Shown here: one piece after another, positions 19,709-29,202 of the stretch
Layout of the letters: every line of letters begins with the position of its first letter
How positions within the stretch are numbered: position 1 is the first letter of the stretch
NCBI GenBank assembly: GCA_037441385.1
Contig: JBBISH010000065.1
Location: forward strand, 1 to 35,151
Direction of reading: 5' to 3'
DNA length: 35,151 nucleotides
Source of the DNA: Myxococcales bacterium
GTDB taxonomy: Bacteria > Myxococcota_A > UBA9042
The notes under the pieces: model-generated
The model's database searches: none
What the model saw: only the letters and a program-made list of their open reading frames with translations
What the model was told of the DNA's origin: nothing
Made by a program: the position numbers and the translations under genes

Positions 19709-19951
19709 CTACAAAAGCATCGAACCGGTGGCTTTTTTGCCCGCTTCGGTCAGCGCAAAGGTGCCGGCGTCGTAGCTCACCAGCTCGTCGGCCACCAGCG
19801 CCTCCATCAGCTCGCTGAACTCACGGTGGCCGCGACCAAACCGCAAAGTACTGAATTCGTGCAAATCCTTGATATGCATCGCCCCGCCTTGGCGGGCCAG
19901 TTGCTTGAGCACGCCCTTTTTGGCGGTGGCTTCGTCGCTCATCGCGCCCAT
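19709..19951 (-). CDS. Small (80 aa) hypothetical protein, winged-helix-like
   Basis: GGAG 6 nt before ATG 19951; sequence pattern ..GVLKQLARQGGAMHIKDLH..FSELMEALVADELVSYDAGTFALTEAGKK. Confidence 0.65.
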   Translation of the reverse strand: MGAMSDEATAKKGVLKQLARQGGAMHIKDLHEFSTLRFGRGHREFSELMEALVADELVSYDAGTFALTEAGKKATGSMLL

Positions 19952-20017
19952 GTGTCGCTCCAACCGGACCGCGCCGGTAACTCGGACCATTTTGGTCCAA
20001 GATTCACTATCGCGCAA

Positions 20018-21364
20018 CTACTTGCCGATGCAGAAGCTGGAAAAGATCGACCCCAGGACGGCGTCGGGCGCAAGATGCCCCAGCATTTCGGCCAGTTCAT
20101 CGGCGGCGTCGTGCAAATCGGCCGCCACCAACTCCAGCTCGCGGCCTTCGTGCAGCCCTTGGTGCGCCCGCTGCAGCCCCTCGCCGGCGCGGAGCAAGGC
20201 GTGGCGATGGCGCTCGCGGCTGATCACCACCTCGGCGCCGCGCGGGCCGCGAGCCAATTCGCGCACTTGCGCCACCACCTGGTCCCGCAGTTCGCTCACG
20301 CCCAGGCCGGTGGTGGCCGCGACGGGCCATTGGCCAGCTGGCGCGACGGCGACGTCCACCTTGGTCGCCACGGCGATCACCTGCGCCTGGGTCGGCGGCA
20401 GCGGCAAGTCAGGCCGGCCAGTGGCGCTGGCGTCGCGACACCACAGCACCACGTCGGCGCGCTCCACTTCGCGGCGGGCCCGCTCGGTGCCGGCGCGCTC
20501 CACCGGATCCTCGGCCTCGCGCACGCCGGCCGTGTCGATCCAAGTGATGAGCACGCCGCGCGGCGCGGTCTGCACTTCCAGTGTGTCGCGCGTGGTCCCG
20601 GGCCGGGCGTCGACCAGCGCGCGATCGTGCTCGACCAGGGCGTTGAGCAGGGTCGACTTGCCCGCGTTGGGCGCGCCGAACAGCGCCACCCGCGCACCGC
20701 GCAGCCGCACCTGGCCGGCGCGGGCAGTACCAGCCAACTCGGCTATGGAACTGCGCAATTCAGCAAGATGCGCCAACAGCGGCGCCGGGTCCAGGTGCGC
20801 CAGGTGCGGCTCGGCGGCAAAGTCCAAGCGCGCCTCGACTTGGGCCAGCACGTGCAGCAAAGGCGCGCGCAGCCTGGCAATTCGCGCCGACAGGCCACCG
20901 TCCAGCTGCTGGAGCGCGGTTTGCCGCTGGGTCTCGCTTTGGGCCGAGATCAAGTCGGACAGGGCCTCGACCTGGAGCAGGTCCAGCTTGCCAACCTCGT
21001 AGGCACGCCAAGTGAATTCACCCGGTTCGGCCAGGCGAGCCCCCAAAGCGGCGCAGGCGTCCAGCAGCTTGTCGATCACCGCCGGCGAGCCGTGCACCTG
21101 CAACTCGGCCACGTCTTGGCCGGTAAAACTGCGCGGTGCCTTGAAAAAGACCACATAGCCGCGGTCGATGCGCTGGCCATCGCGCGGATCAGTCAGGGCG
21201 CACAGCTGCAGCTGGCCCGGCGGATCGGCTGGGCGTGCGCTAAGTTGCGAGGCAATGGCGTGGGCCTGCGGGCCGGATAGGCGCACCACCGCCACCCCGG
21301 CCGGCCAGACGGGCGTGGCCGGGGCAACGATCGTGTCGCGTTCGGCGGGCGGCAGCACCTGCAA
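20018..21364 (-). CDS. mnmE: tRNA uridine-5-carboxymethylaminomethyl(34) synthesis GTPase MnmE (TrmE)
   Basis: DTIVAPAT..GVAVVRLSG, PRSFTGQDVAELQVHG, GAPNAGKSTL, PGTTRD, DTAG, C-terminal FCIGK. Start (TTG) approximate. Confidence 0.97.
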   Translation of the reverse strand: MQVLPPAERDTIVAPATPVWPAGVAVVRLSGPQAHAIASQLSARPADPPGQLQLCALTDPRDGQRIDRGYVVFFKAPRSFTGQDVAELQVHGSPAVIDKLLDACAALGARLAEPGEFTWRAYEVGKLDLLQVEALSDLISAQSETQRQTALQQLDGGLSARIARLRAPLLHVLAQVEARLDFAAEPHLAHLDPAPLLAHLAELRSSIAELAGTARAGQVRLRGARVALFGAPNAGKSTLLNALVEHDRALVDARPGTTRDTLEVQTAPRGVLITWIDTAGVREAEDPVERAGTERARREVERADVVLWCRDASATGRPDLPLPPTQAQVIAVATKVDVAVAPAGQWPVAATTGLGVSELRDQVVAQVRELARGPRGAEVVISRERHRHALLRAGEGLQRAHQGLHEGRELELVAADLHDAADELAEMLGHLAPDAVLGSIFSSFCIGK

Positions 21365-21383
21365 AGGGCAGTGAACGACGGGC

Positions 21384-22352
21384 TTACGAGCGGACAGCCT
21401 TGATCTTGCTGACCAGCTCGGGCACCGCGGTAAAGGCGTCGGCGACCAGACCGTAGTCGGCCACCTTGAAGATCGGCTCGTCGGCGTTCTTGTTGATCGC
21501 GACGATGGTCTTGCTGTTCTTCATGCCGGCCAGGTGCTGCACGGCGCCCGAGATGGCAATGGCGAAGTACAGCTGCGGCGCGACCACCTTGCCGGTCTGG
21601 CCGATCTGGTAGTCGTTCGGCGCAAAGCCGTCGTCCACCGCCGCGCGCGACGCGCCGATCGCACCGCTCAGCAGGTCGGCCAGAGGCTCGGTGATCGGGC
21701 CAAAGCGATCCTTCAGGCCGCGACCGCCGGCCACGACCACGGCCGCTTCGGTCAGGTCGGGGCGGCTCGATTGCGTGCCCTCAAAGCGGACGAACTTGGC
21801 GCGGCTGGCGCCCGGATCGGCGGCAACGTTTTGCACCGGCGACGCGCCACCGCTGGCGGCCACCGCGTCAAAGGCCGACGAACGGACGGTGACCACATGG
21901 ACGGGGCTGTCGATGACGACGTCGCCGACCAAGTTGCCGGCCCACATCGGGCGCCGGTAGGCCACCGCGCCACCGGCGTCGACCAGGCCGATCACGTCCG
22001 AGGCCATGCCCGCCTGCAGCCGAACCGCGACGCGCGGCATGGCGTCTTTGCCCAGGCTCGAAGCCGACATCGCGACGACGTCGGCACCCGCGGCCTTGGC
22101 CAGGTCCGCCACCACCTTGGCAAATCCTTGCGCCAGAGGGTGCGCCAGTTCGGCGTGCTCGGCCACGTAGACCGCGCCCGCGCCGTAGCCGATCAGGCCC
22201 GCGGCCACGCCCGCGCAGCCGTTGCCGATGACAGCGATGTCAAAGCTGCCGCCCTTCTTGGCGATCAGCTGCTTGGCAAAGTCGATGGTGTTGAGGGTGA
22301 TCTTCTTGGCCGCCACGTTGTCGTGATCGGCGATGACCAGAATCTTGCTCAT
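21384..22352 (-). CDS. etfA: Electron transfer flavoprotein alpha subunit
   Basis: [66 protein letters not shown]. Confidence 0.97.
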   Translation of the reverse strand: MSKILVIADHDNVAAKKITLNTIDFAKQLIAKKGGSFDIAVIGNGCAGVAAGLIGYGAGAVYVAEHAELAHPLAQGFAKVVADLAKAAGADVVAMSASSLGKDAMPRVAVRLQAGMASDVIGLVDAGGAVAYRRPMWAGNLVGDVVIDSPVHVVTVRSSAFDAVAASGGASPVQNVAADPGASRAKFVRFEGTQSSRPDLTEAAVVVAGGRGLKDRFGPITEPLADLLSGAIGASRAAVDDGFAPNDYQIGQTGKVVAPQLYFAIAISGAVQHLAGMKNSKTIVAINKNADEPIFKVADYGLVADAFTAVPELVSKIKAVRS

Positions 22353-22412
22353 GATTTGGACTCCGTGCCCGCAGCGGGGCAGGTGCGAGTGCGAGTGGTG
22401 TAGAGTTGCCGA

Positions 22413-23171
22413 TCAGATGACGCGGGCTTCGCCGCGCAGCTTGGCCACCAGGTCGTCCACATCCTTGACCAGCACGCCGGCCTTGCGGCCGCTTGGCGTC
22501 GACATCTTGGCGATACGCACCTTGGGAGCGGCGTCGCCCAGGTCCAGGTCGTCCAGCTCGTACTCGTCCAGGGGCTTCTTCTTGGCCTTCATGATGCCGG
22601 CCAGCGAGGCGAAGCGCGGTTCGTTCAGGCGCAAGTCAGCGGTGATGACGCAGGGCAGGCTCAGCGCGATCACTTCCAGACCGCCGTCGACTTCGCGCGT
22701 CACTTCGACCTGGTCGCCCTTGATCTCGACCTTGCTGGCAAAGGTGGCCTGCGGCCAGTCCAGGTATTCGGCCAGCAACTGGCCCACCTGGTTGCTGTCG
22801 CCGTCGACCGACTGCTTGCCGATCAGCACGATGTCGGGCGACTCTTTCTCGACGATCTTTTGGTAAACGCGGGCGATCAGGTCCGAGTCGATGATCGCCT
22901 CGTCGGCCGCCACCACGATGCCGCGATCGATGCCGCGGGCCAGCGCGCCCTGGCGAACAAAGCGACCGGTCTCGTCGGATTCGCCGACGCCCAGGGCCAC
23001 CGTCTCGACGTCGCCGTGCTCTTCGGCCAGCGCCAAAGCGCACTCGATGGCGTTCTCGCAGAAGTAGTTCATCACGTATTCCACGTCGCCTTCCACCCAC
23101 TTGCCGTCACCCGAAATGGCGAGCTTGGCGTTGGGGTCGCTGACGCGCTTGGCAGAAACCAGGATCTTCAT
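22413..23171 (-). CDS. etfB: Electron transfer flavoprotein beta subunit
   Basis: MKILVSAKRVSD, GKQSVDGDSNQVGQLLA, VTREVDGG, DLRLNEPRFASL; GGAG RBS. Confidence 0.97.
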   Translation of the reverse strand: MKILVSAKRVSDPNAKLAISGDGKWVEGDVEYVMNYFCENAIECALALAEEHGDVETVALGVGESDETGRFVRQGALARGIDRGIVVAADEAIIDSDLIARVYQKIVEKESPDIVLIGKQSVDGDSNQVGQLLAEYLDWPQATFASKVEIKGDQVEVTREVDGGLEVIALSLPCVITADLRLNEPRFASLAGIMKAKKKPLDEYELDDLDLGDAAPKVRIAKMSTPSGRKAGVLVKDVDDLVAKLRGEARVI

Positions 23172-23295
23172 GGATGACTCTCCGTGCGGTCTGTTTGTGC
23201 ACCGCGGACTAGTACTTGAGCGCGGGCTGCGCGGTCGACTGTGTCACGACATTGGGCCCGAATAATCGCCACTTGAGCAGATGATCCGCTCGAAT

Positions 23296-23308
23296 GACGC
23301 AGTGCGTC
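23296..23308. promoter_or_regulatory. Palindrome just downstream of the etfB promoter, candidate operator
   Basis: GACGCA-G-TGCGTC. Confidence 0.35.
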
Positions 23309-23326
23309 GCAAACGGACCGCAGGGT

Positions 23327-23355
23327 ACGCTAGCGACCTCGCGCGGCGCTGTCAA
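23327..23355 (-). promoter_or_regulatory. Candidate sigma70 promoter for etfB-etfA(-mnmE)
   Basis: Minus strand TTGACA-N17-TAGCGT (consensus -35, canonical spacing) in the 23172-23380 intergenic region. Confidence 0.6.
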
Positions 23356-23380
23356 CGTGTTGCGTCCGCCGTGGCTTAGG

Positions 23381-26002
23381 TCACGGTCTCAGCTTCGTCA
23401 CGCCCGTTGGCAGGCCCACGGCCGGGGTAGGCTGTCTGGGCAACGCCACCCCTGGACGAGCGGCGGGCGTGGGCATCGCTTGGCTCGCGGCGGCGACATG
23501 CTCGGCCAGCGCCCGGACTTGCGGCTGGTTGGGGAAGATCTCGGTCAGGTGGTTCGACAGCTCGGTCAGCTCGCCGAACAGCATCTCGCGCTCCAAGGCT
23601 TCGGCCAGCAAGAGGGCCGCCTCCAAGTTGCGCGGTTCCAGGCCTGTGGCATTGCGAAGGGCATCCACGGCTTCGCTGTTGTCGCCCACGGCCATCAGGA
23701 CCGCGCCCAAGTGGGTGTACCAGATCGTCGCCCAATTGGGGCCCACGCGGAAAATCGGCGCGACCGAGCGGATGTACTCCAACGCCGCCTGCGGCCGCCC
23801 CATGCCGCGCGCAGCTTCGATAGCCGTGCGGCACGTCCCCAGGTCCTTGGTCTTGCCGCACAGGTACTTGAAGACGTGGTGGGCCTCGTAGAACTTGCCC
23901 TCGCGCAGCAAGATGTTGCCTTGGACACGCCAGCCATCATCGGTGGTCGCTTCGTTGGCCATCAGGGCCGCCGCAATCGCCTTGGCGGGCTCCATGGCGC
24001 CCCGTTGCAGGTACAGCTCGGCGCGCATGACCTCTACGCCAAAGACCTGACCCGGGTAGCGCTTGCGCAACGCCACCGCCACCCGTTCGACCAAATCGGG
24101 CCGGGAATCGCGGAAGTGCAAGGCCAGCTCGTAGCTGCGCTGCGGCACTTTGGGCATGACCTCCAAGAGCAGCGCCTCGGCCTTGGCCGAGCGAACGCAA
24201 ACATCCAGGGCCCGCTGCACGGTGGTCGCGTCCGCGCCAAAGAGCCAGATCAAGTCTTGGGCCGCGCCTTCGACTTGCCCCGCATCCAGGCGAGCCGCAA
24301 AGCGGAACAGGTGCAGCTGGGCACCCGCAGGACGCAAATTGACGGCCGCGTCCAGCGCCTTGAGTGCTTTGTTGGGTTCCTTGGCGTCTAGCCACTTGCG
24401 GGCGACCACGTACAGGGCGTGCTCGTCGGTCGCAAACAGCGAGCCCACGGTCTCGGCCGCTTGCCCGGCCGGCATGGGCGCGAGCATTTCGTCGATGCCG
24501 CGCACCAGTCCACCGTCGACCCGCCAGTGCAACAGTCCCGCCGTCGTCAGCAGCGCCAACCCAGTCATGGCCATGCTGCGGCGGTGACCCCGGCCGGTGT
24601 GGCGCTCGGCCTGAGCCGCTTCGGCCGGCGTGCGCACCCCCGCAAAGCCAAAGGCCGCGCCAATCATGGCAAACAGCACCAAGGGCCCAAGAACTTCAAA
24701 CGAGAAGTCGACCAGGTTCGACACCAAGAACGCGCACCAAGCCACCGCGAACGTTTTGCCGTCCAGGACCGTCGCGACCCGCAGCAGGCCGCGCCGGGTC
24801 GACCAAGCCAGGCCGATCAAGATCGCCAGGCCAACCAGAAGACCCGAGGCAAAGATGCGGTCAAGCAGGAAGTTCTCAAAGAAATCGAACCGCACCGGCG
24901 AGGCCACGACCTGGCCCAGCTGCACGGCGACGCCGCCCGGCCCCCAACCCAGCACCGCCACCTTGGGGAGCACGCCCCAGACCTTGAGCCAGATGCCCAT
25001 CTTGGGATCGGCGGCAAGTTGCTCGGGAGCCGCCATCTCGCGTTCGATGATGGGCAACGCCAGCACCACTACGACCAGCAGCACGATGGCCCCAAGCACC
25101 GCCGACCGCAGCCGGGCGGTCGCCTGGCGATCGCGTGGATTGACGCGCATGTAGGTCGGCGCGGTGGGCGAGGCCAAAATCGTCCCGAGCAGCGTGCCAC
25201 CGGCGACGACGATGCCGCCACGCGAGCCGGTGGCCACCGCGACCGAGGCCAAGAGCAGCGCCGCCAGGCCAAACAGGACCTCTTGGGTCACATTGCGCGA
25301 GTGCACGCTGTTGCCCAAGGCGATGGCCAGGCCCAAGACGCTCACCGCAGCGACGTGGTTGGGGTTGATCAGGCGGACCAGTTCCAGGTGGGACCGCAGC
25401 GACTCGGGGAGGTAGCCCTCTGGGATGAGTAGGGCGTCGCAAAGGTACACCAGGCTGGACAGCACGGGCAGAAGCACCAAAATCAACGTGACATAGCGCA
25501 GCCACAACCGCCCCTGGCTGCCCATGAACAGCGTGCTGGTCAGCACGCCCGTAACGCCCGCCAGCAAGTAGACACACGCCTGCAGCGCCGCCTCGCCGGG
25601 CGCGATCGCCATCGCCACCAGCGGCGCAGGCGGCAGGCTCAACGCCTCGCGCCCCTGGTCCCACATATGCAGCGACTGCGGCGCCACCAGCCCGGTCAAG
25701 AAGCGCGGCAAGGGCAGCGCCTGCAGCGCCGTCCAGGCGCCCAGGCCGATCAGCAGCCAACCACCGATAAACGACGGGTTCTTGTGCGGCTGCGCGGGCA
25801 ACGTGAACAGCCAGACCAGCGCCAACAAGGCCGCCACCGCGGCCACCGACTCGGGATGCGCGCCCCCCTGGTAGGCCAAGGCCGCAGCCGGTACGCCCAA
25901 CATGAGGATACGGGCCGCCCAGCGCAGGCGTTGCCGCCGCCGGGTCGACGGATCCGCGTGCAGGCTGGGGCCGGCGGCTTGGCTGTTCGGGTCGGGCGCC
26001 AT
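23381..26002 (-). CDS. O-antigen ligase (Wzy_C)-family polytopic membrane protein with C-terminal TPR region
   Basis: About 12 hydrophobic segments; INPNHVAA, TGSRGG, LGWGPGG, NLVDFS motifs; C-terminal helical repeats (EAVDALRNATGLEPRNLEAALLLAEAL). Confidence 0.8.
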   Translation of the reverse strand: MAPDPNSQAAGPSLHADPSTRRRQRLRWAARILMLGVPAAALAYQGGAHPESVAAVAALLALVWLFTLPAQPHKNPSFIGGWLLIGLGAWTALQALPLPRFLTGLVAPQSLHMWDQGREALSLPPAPLVAMAIAPGEAALQACVYLLAGVTGVLTSTLFMGSQGRLWLRYVTLILVLLPVLSSLVYLCDALLIPEGYLPESLRSHLELVRLINPNHVAAVSVLGLAIALGNSVHSRNVTQEVLFGLAALLLASVAVATGSRGGIVVAGGTLLGTILASPTAPTYMRVNPRDRQATARLRSAVLGAIVLLVVVVLALPIIEREMAAPEQLAADPKMGIWLKVWGVLPKVAVLGWGPGGVAVQLGQVVASPVRFDFFENFLLDRIFASGLLVGLAILIGLAWSTRRGLLRVATVLDGKTFAVAWCAFLVSNLVDFSFEVLGPLVLFAMIGAAFGFAGVRTPAEAAQAERHTGRGHRRSMAMTGLALLTTAGLLHWRVDGGLVRGIDEMLAPMPAGQAAETVGSLFATDEHALYVVARKWLDAKEPNKALKALDAAVNLRPAGAQLHLFRFAARLDAGQVEGAAQDLIWLFGADATTVQRALDVCVRSAKAEALLLEVMPKVPQRSYELALHFRDSRPDLVERVAVALRKRYPGQVFGVEVMRAELYLQRGAMEPAKAIAAALMANEATTDDGWRVQGNILLREGKFYEAHHVFKYLCGKTKDLGTCRTAIEAARGMGRPQAALEYIRSVAPIFRVGPNWATIWYTHLGAVLMAVGDNSEAVDALRNATGLEPRNLEAALLLAEALEREMLFGELTELSNHLTEIFPNQPQVRALAEHVAAASQAMPTPAARPGVALPRQPTPAVGLPTGVTKLRP

Positions 26003-26044
26003 CGTGTCCTTTGGCGGAACTGCCGCCGTCCGCGGCCAGTGAAT

Positions 26045-26689
26045 CTAGCCCGGCACCTTGGCCCAATCCTTCAGGAATTGCTCGTTACCCAAGTCCGTAA
26101 GCGGGTGATTGAACAACTGATCCAGCACCTTGAACGGCACCGTACACACGTGCGCGCCCATCTTGGCGGCCTGCAGGATGTGCACCGGGTTGCGTACGGA
26201 CGCCACCAGCACCTGCGTGCCAAAAGAATAATTCCTGTAAATTTGTACGATGTCCTCGATGAGGCGCATCCCGTCCATCGAAATGTCGTCCAACCGGCCG
26301 ACAAATGGCGAGATGTAGGTCGCACCCGCCTTGGCCGCGAGCAACGCCTGATTGGCCGAAAAACACAGCGTCACGTTGGTGCGAATCCCTTCGTCCGTCA
26401 GCGCCTTGCAGGCGGCGATGCCCTCGCGCGTCAGCGGCAGCTTGACCACGACCTGCGGGCCCAGGGCGGCCAGCGCGCGGCCTTGGCTCAGCATGCCTTC
26501 CAGAGACATGTCGGTCACTTCCAGCGACACGGGGCCAGTGACCATGCCCAAGATCTCGGCCCGCACGTCTTCAAAGCGGCGGCCGGTCTTGGCGACCAGC
26601 GACGGGTTGGTGGTCACGCCGTCCAGGATGCCCCAAGCCAACGCCTTGCGGATCTCGGCAGTATCTGCAGTATCAACAAAGAATTTCAC
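26045..26689 (-). CDS. tal: Transaldolase (small TalC/FSA-like family)
   Basis: GTG 26689 after [54 protein letters not shown]. The Glu (SLEV) and Phe (SPF) positions favour transaldolase over FSA. Confidence 0.93.
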   Translation of the reverse strand: MKFFVDTADTAEIRKALAWGILDGVTTNPSLVAKTGRRFEDVRAEILGMVTGPVSLEVTDMSLEGMLSQGRALAALGPQVVVKLPLTREGIAACKALTDEGIRTNVTLCFSANQALLAAKAGATYISPFVGRLDDISMDGMRLIEDIVQIYRNYSFGTQVLVASVRNPVHILQAAKMGAHVCTVPFKVLDQLFNHPLTDLGNEQFLKDWAKVPG

Positions 26690-26759
26690 AACTTCCCCCT
26701 TCCCGTGCGCACCGCTCGCGGAAAGCGCCCAGCAGGCGGCGAGCCCGGCCGATCTTGCG

Positions 26760-28049
26760 CTATTTGTGCCCGAGCAAAAGCCAAGCCGCCGCCGCCACGA
26801 CGACCACACCGACCAGAGCCGCCGGGATCAGCCACGCGGGGCGGTCGCCGCTGGCTCGTTTGGCAATCTGCGACTTGGCCTGCGCTTCGGCACCCGGCTC
26901 AAAGCGGTCCGCAAACCCACCGGCAATCGCCGGGTCGGCCAGATCGTCCAGAACTTCGCCGTCCAGCCGATCGAGCAGCTTGCCGGCATCCAGCTTGCTG
27001 ACGGACCGCGCCTTCAGGTCGGTGCCCTTGAGCGGCACCTGTCCCAAGGTGGCATCGAGTTTGCCGACCAGCTGCAACTCCTCCAACTCGTTGTGCAACA
27101 AGGTGGGGATGTCGATGGTCTCGGCCTCGATGTCGGCATCCAGCAGCTCGCGGACAAAGTTGGCCAGGTCGCCGCTGGTTGCGCGCCAGCCCTTCTTGGC
27201 CAGATAGCCCGCGACTTCCTGCTCGAATTCCCGGCAAGTTTGCACGCGCCGCTTGGGGGCCTTGGCCAGCGTCCGCTGGATGATCTTGTCCAAATCTTCG
27301 TCAATATCTTCGCGGAGTTTGGTGAGCTTGAGCACTTCGCCCTTGCGCACCAAGTCCACGGTCTCCATGTCGGTCTTGCCCGAAAACAGCCGGCGGCCGC
27401 TCAGCATCTCCCACAGGATGATGCCGATGGCATAGATGTCGGCGCGGGCGTCGGGCTCTTTGCCGTCGACCACCTCGGGGGCCAAGTAAGCAAACTTGCC
27501 CTTGACCACGTCGTTTTCGGACACGGACACGTTCGAGCGCGCCTTGGCCAAGCCGAAATCGGTCACCTTGACTTCGCCCTGGCGCGACAGCAGCACGTTG
27601 GGCGGCGACACGTCGCGGTGCACGATCCCCAGCGAGTGGCCCTTGGCGTCGATCTTTTCGTGAGCGTAGGCCAGCCCTTTGGCCATCTCCATGGCGATGA
27701 AGCAGGCGACGTTGACCGGAAACGGCCGGCCCATGTCCAGCGAGCGCTGCATCAGCTTGCGCAAGTTGGCTCCATCCACCAACTCCATGGTCATGAAGTA
27801 GGTTTCGCCAATCTTGCCCAGGTCCAAGATTTGCACGATGTTGGCGTGGGTCAGCTGCATCGACAGCCGCGCCTCGTCCAAGAACATCGTCACGAATTTC
27901 TGGTCTTGGGTCAGCGAGGGCAGGATGCGCTTGATCGCAACCGACCGCTCAAAACCGTCCATCGAGACGGCCACGCCGCGGTAGATCTCGGCCATGCCGC
28001 CGGCGTCGATCTTGTCGATGATGCGATAACGCTGGTGAACGGATGCCAT
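26760..28049 (-). CDS. Hanks-type Ser/Thr protein kinase with C-terminal membrane anchor
   Basis: [46 protein letters not shown]; terminal [24 protein letters not shown]. Confidence 0.95.
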   Translation of the reverse strand: MASVHQRYRIIDKIDAGGMAEIYRGVAVSMDGFERSVAIKRILPSLTQDQKFVTMFLDEARLSMQLTHANIVQILDLGKIGETYFMTMELVDGANLRKLMQRSLDMGRPFPVNVACFIAMEMAKGLAYAHEKIDAKGHSLGIVHRDVSPPNVLLSRQGEVKVTDFGLAKARSNVSVSENDVVKGKFAYLAPEVVDGKEPDARADIYAIGIILWEMLSGRRLFSGKTDMETVDLVRKGEVLKLTKLREDIDEDLDKIIQRTLAKAPKRRVQTCREFEQEVAGYLAKKGWRATSGDLANFVRELLDADIEAETIDIPTLLHNELEELQLVGKLDATLGQVPLKGTDLKARSVSKLDAGKLLDRLDGEVLDDLADPAIAGGFADRFEPGAEAQAKSQIAKRASGDRPAWLIPAALVGVVVVAAAAWLLLGHK

Positions 28050-28278
28050 GACCTGCCCGTAGGGTCCCTTGGCCACACCGCCGCCTTGTGGGGCATGGCC
28101 ATGGAGGCCCCGAGTATGAATCAGCCGGCGCAGTTTGCAAAGGCCGGTTCCAGGCCCGTACGCCTTGGGAAAAGGCCCGGCCCTTGTGGCGCGAGGTGCA
28201 ACCGGCGAGACTCGGGCGGCGACCTCGCGGTGGGTCCAGCTCGCCGCACGCCGGCGCCACACAGCCACCTGGATCCCC

Positions 28279-29193
28279 ATGTCTCGACCCAATTCCCACC
28301 CACTGGCGGCGCCGAGCGTCGCCCAGGCGGCGCTGGCCCTGCTCAGCGTGCAACTGGTGATGGGCGTCTGGCCCGTGGTTGGGGTCTTGGTCTTGCGCCA
28401 TTTGTCCCCGCAAGTGCTGGTGGGGGCGCGGATCCTGCTGGCGGGTCCGCTGCTGCTGCTGCTCACGCGGCCGTGGCGAGCCGGGATGACCGGGCGCGAG
28501 ATTGCCCAGTGCGCGGGCCTGGGCCTGATCGGCGTAATCCTGAATCAGACGCTGTTCGTCGAGGGGCTGGCGCGCTCCACTCCGATCAACTCAGCGGTGC
28601 TTGGCTGCCTGATCCCGGCCTGGACGCTGCTGGTGGCGGCGGCACTCGGCCACGAAAAACTAGAACGCACCAAGACTTTGGGGGTGGCGGTGGCGATGGC
28701 GGGCGCGCTGCTGCTGATCGGTGCCGAGCGGCTGGATCTGGGCGCCCAGCGCAGCCTGGGCAACCTGCTCATGGTGGCCAACGGTCTGATGTACTCGACC
28801 TATCTGGTGCTCAGCCGGCCGCTCATCGCCCGCTATGGCGCAAGACCGGTGGTGGGCTGGACTTTTGGGCTGTCTACGCCGCTGATTCTGCCCTATGCCG
28901 GCGGCGCGCTCGTGCACACGGCTTGGCTGCAGCAGCCGTCCGAGGTGGGCTTGGGCCTGGCGTACATCGTGCTGGGGGCAACGGTCGTGGGCTATCTGCT
29001 GTCCGGTTGGGCGATGCTGGTCTTGCCGGCCTCGACGGCGGCGGCGTTTACCTATGTTCAGCCGCTGATCACGGGCGTGGTGGCCGGCGGGCTTCTTGGC
29101 GAGCGGCCGGGTTGGCAAGTGGCCGCTGCCGCTGCGCTGATCTTCGCAGGCGTGGGGGTGCTGACTTGGGGGCCGCGATCGCAGCCGAGTTGA
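28279..29193 (+). CDS. EamA/DMT family transporter
   Basis: About 10 TM segments in two halves; GLIGVILNQTLFVEGL, LGHEKL, GNLLM, FTYVQPL, LLGER motifs. Confidence 0.92.
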   Translation: MSRPNSHPLAAPSVAQAALALLSVQLVMGVWPVVGVLVLRHLSPQVLVGARILLAGPLLLLLTRPWRAGMTGREIAQCAGLGLIGVILNQTLFVEGLARSTPINSAVLGCLIPAWTLLVAAALGHEKLERTKTLGVAVAMAGALLLIGAERLDLGAQRSLGNLLMVANGLMYSTYLVLSRPLIARYGARPVVGWTFGLSTPLILPYAGGALVHTAWLQQPSEVGLGLAYIVLGATVVGYLLSGWAMLVLPASTAAAFTYVQPLITGVVAGGLLGERPGWQVAAAAALIFAGVGVLTWGPRSQPS

Positions 29194-29202
29194 ACCAGGA
29201 CC

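Noticed and set aside
28050..28466. Long N-terminal extensions of the kinase (568 aa), EamA (352 aa) and transaldolase (254 aa) track ORFs
   Set aside because: Family homology begins at 28049, 28279 and 26689. The kinase and transaldolase extensions overlap neighbouring genes, and the EamA extension shows no family motifs.
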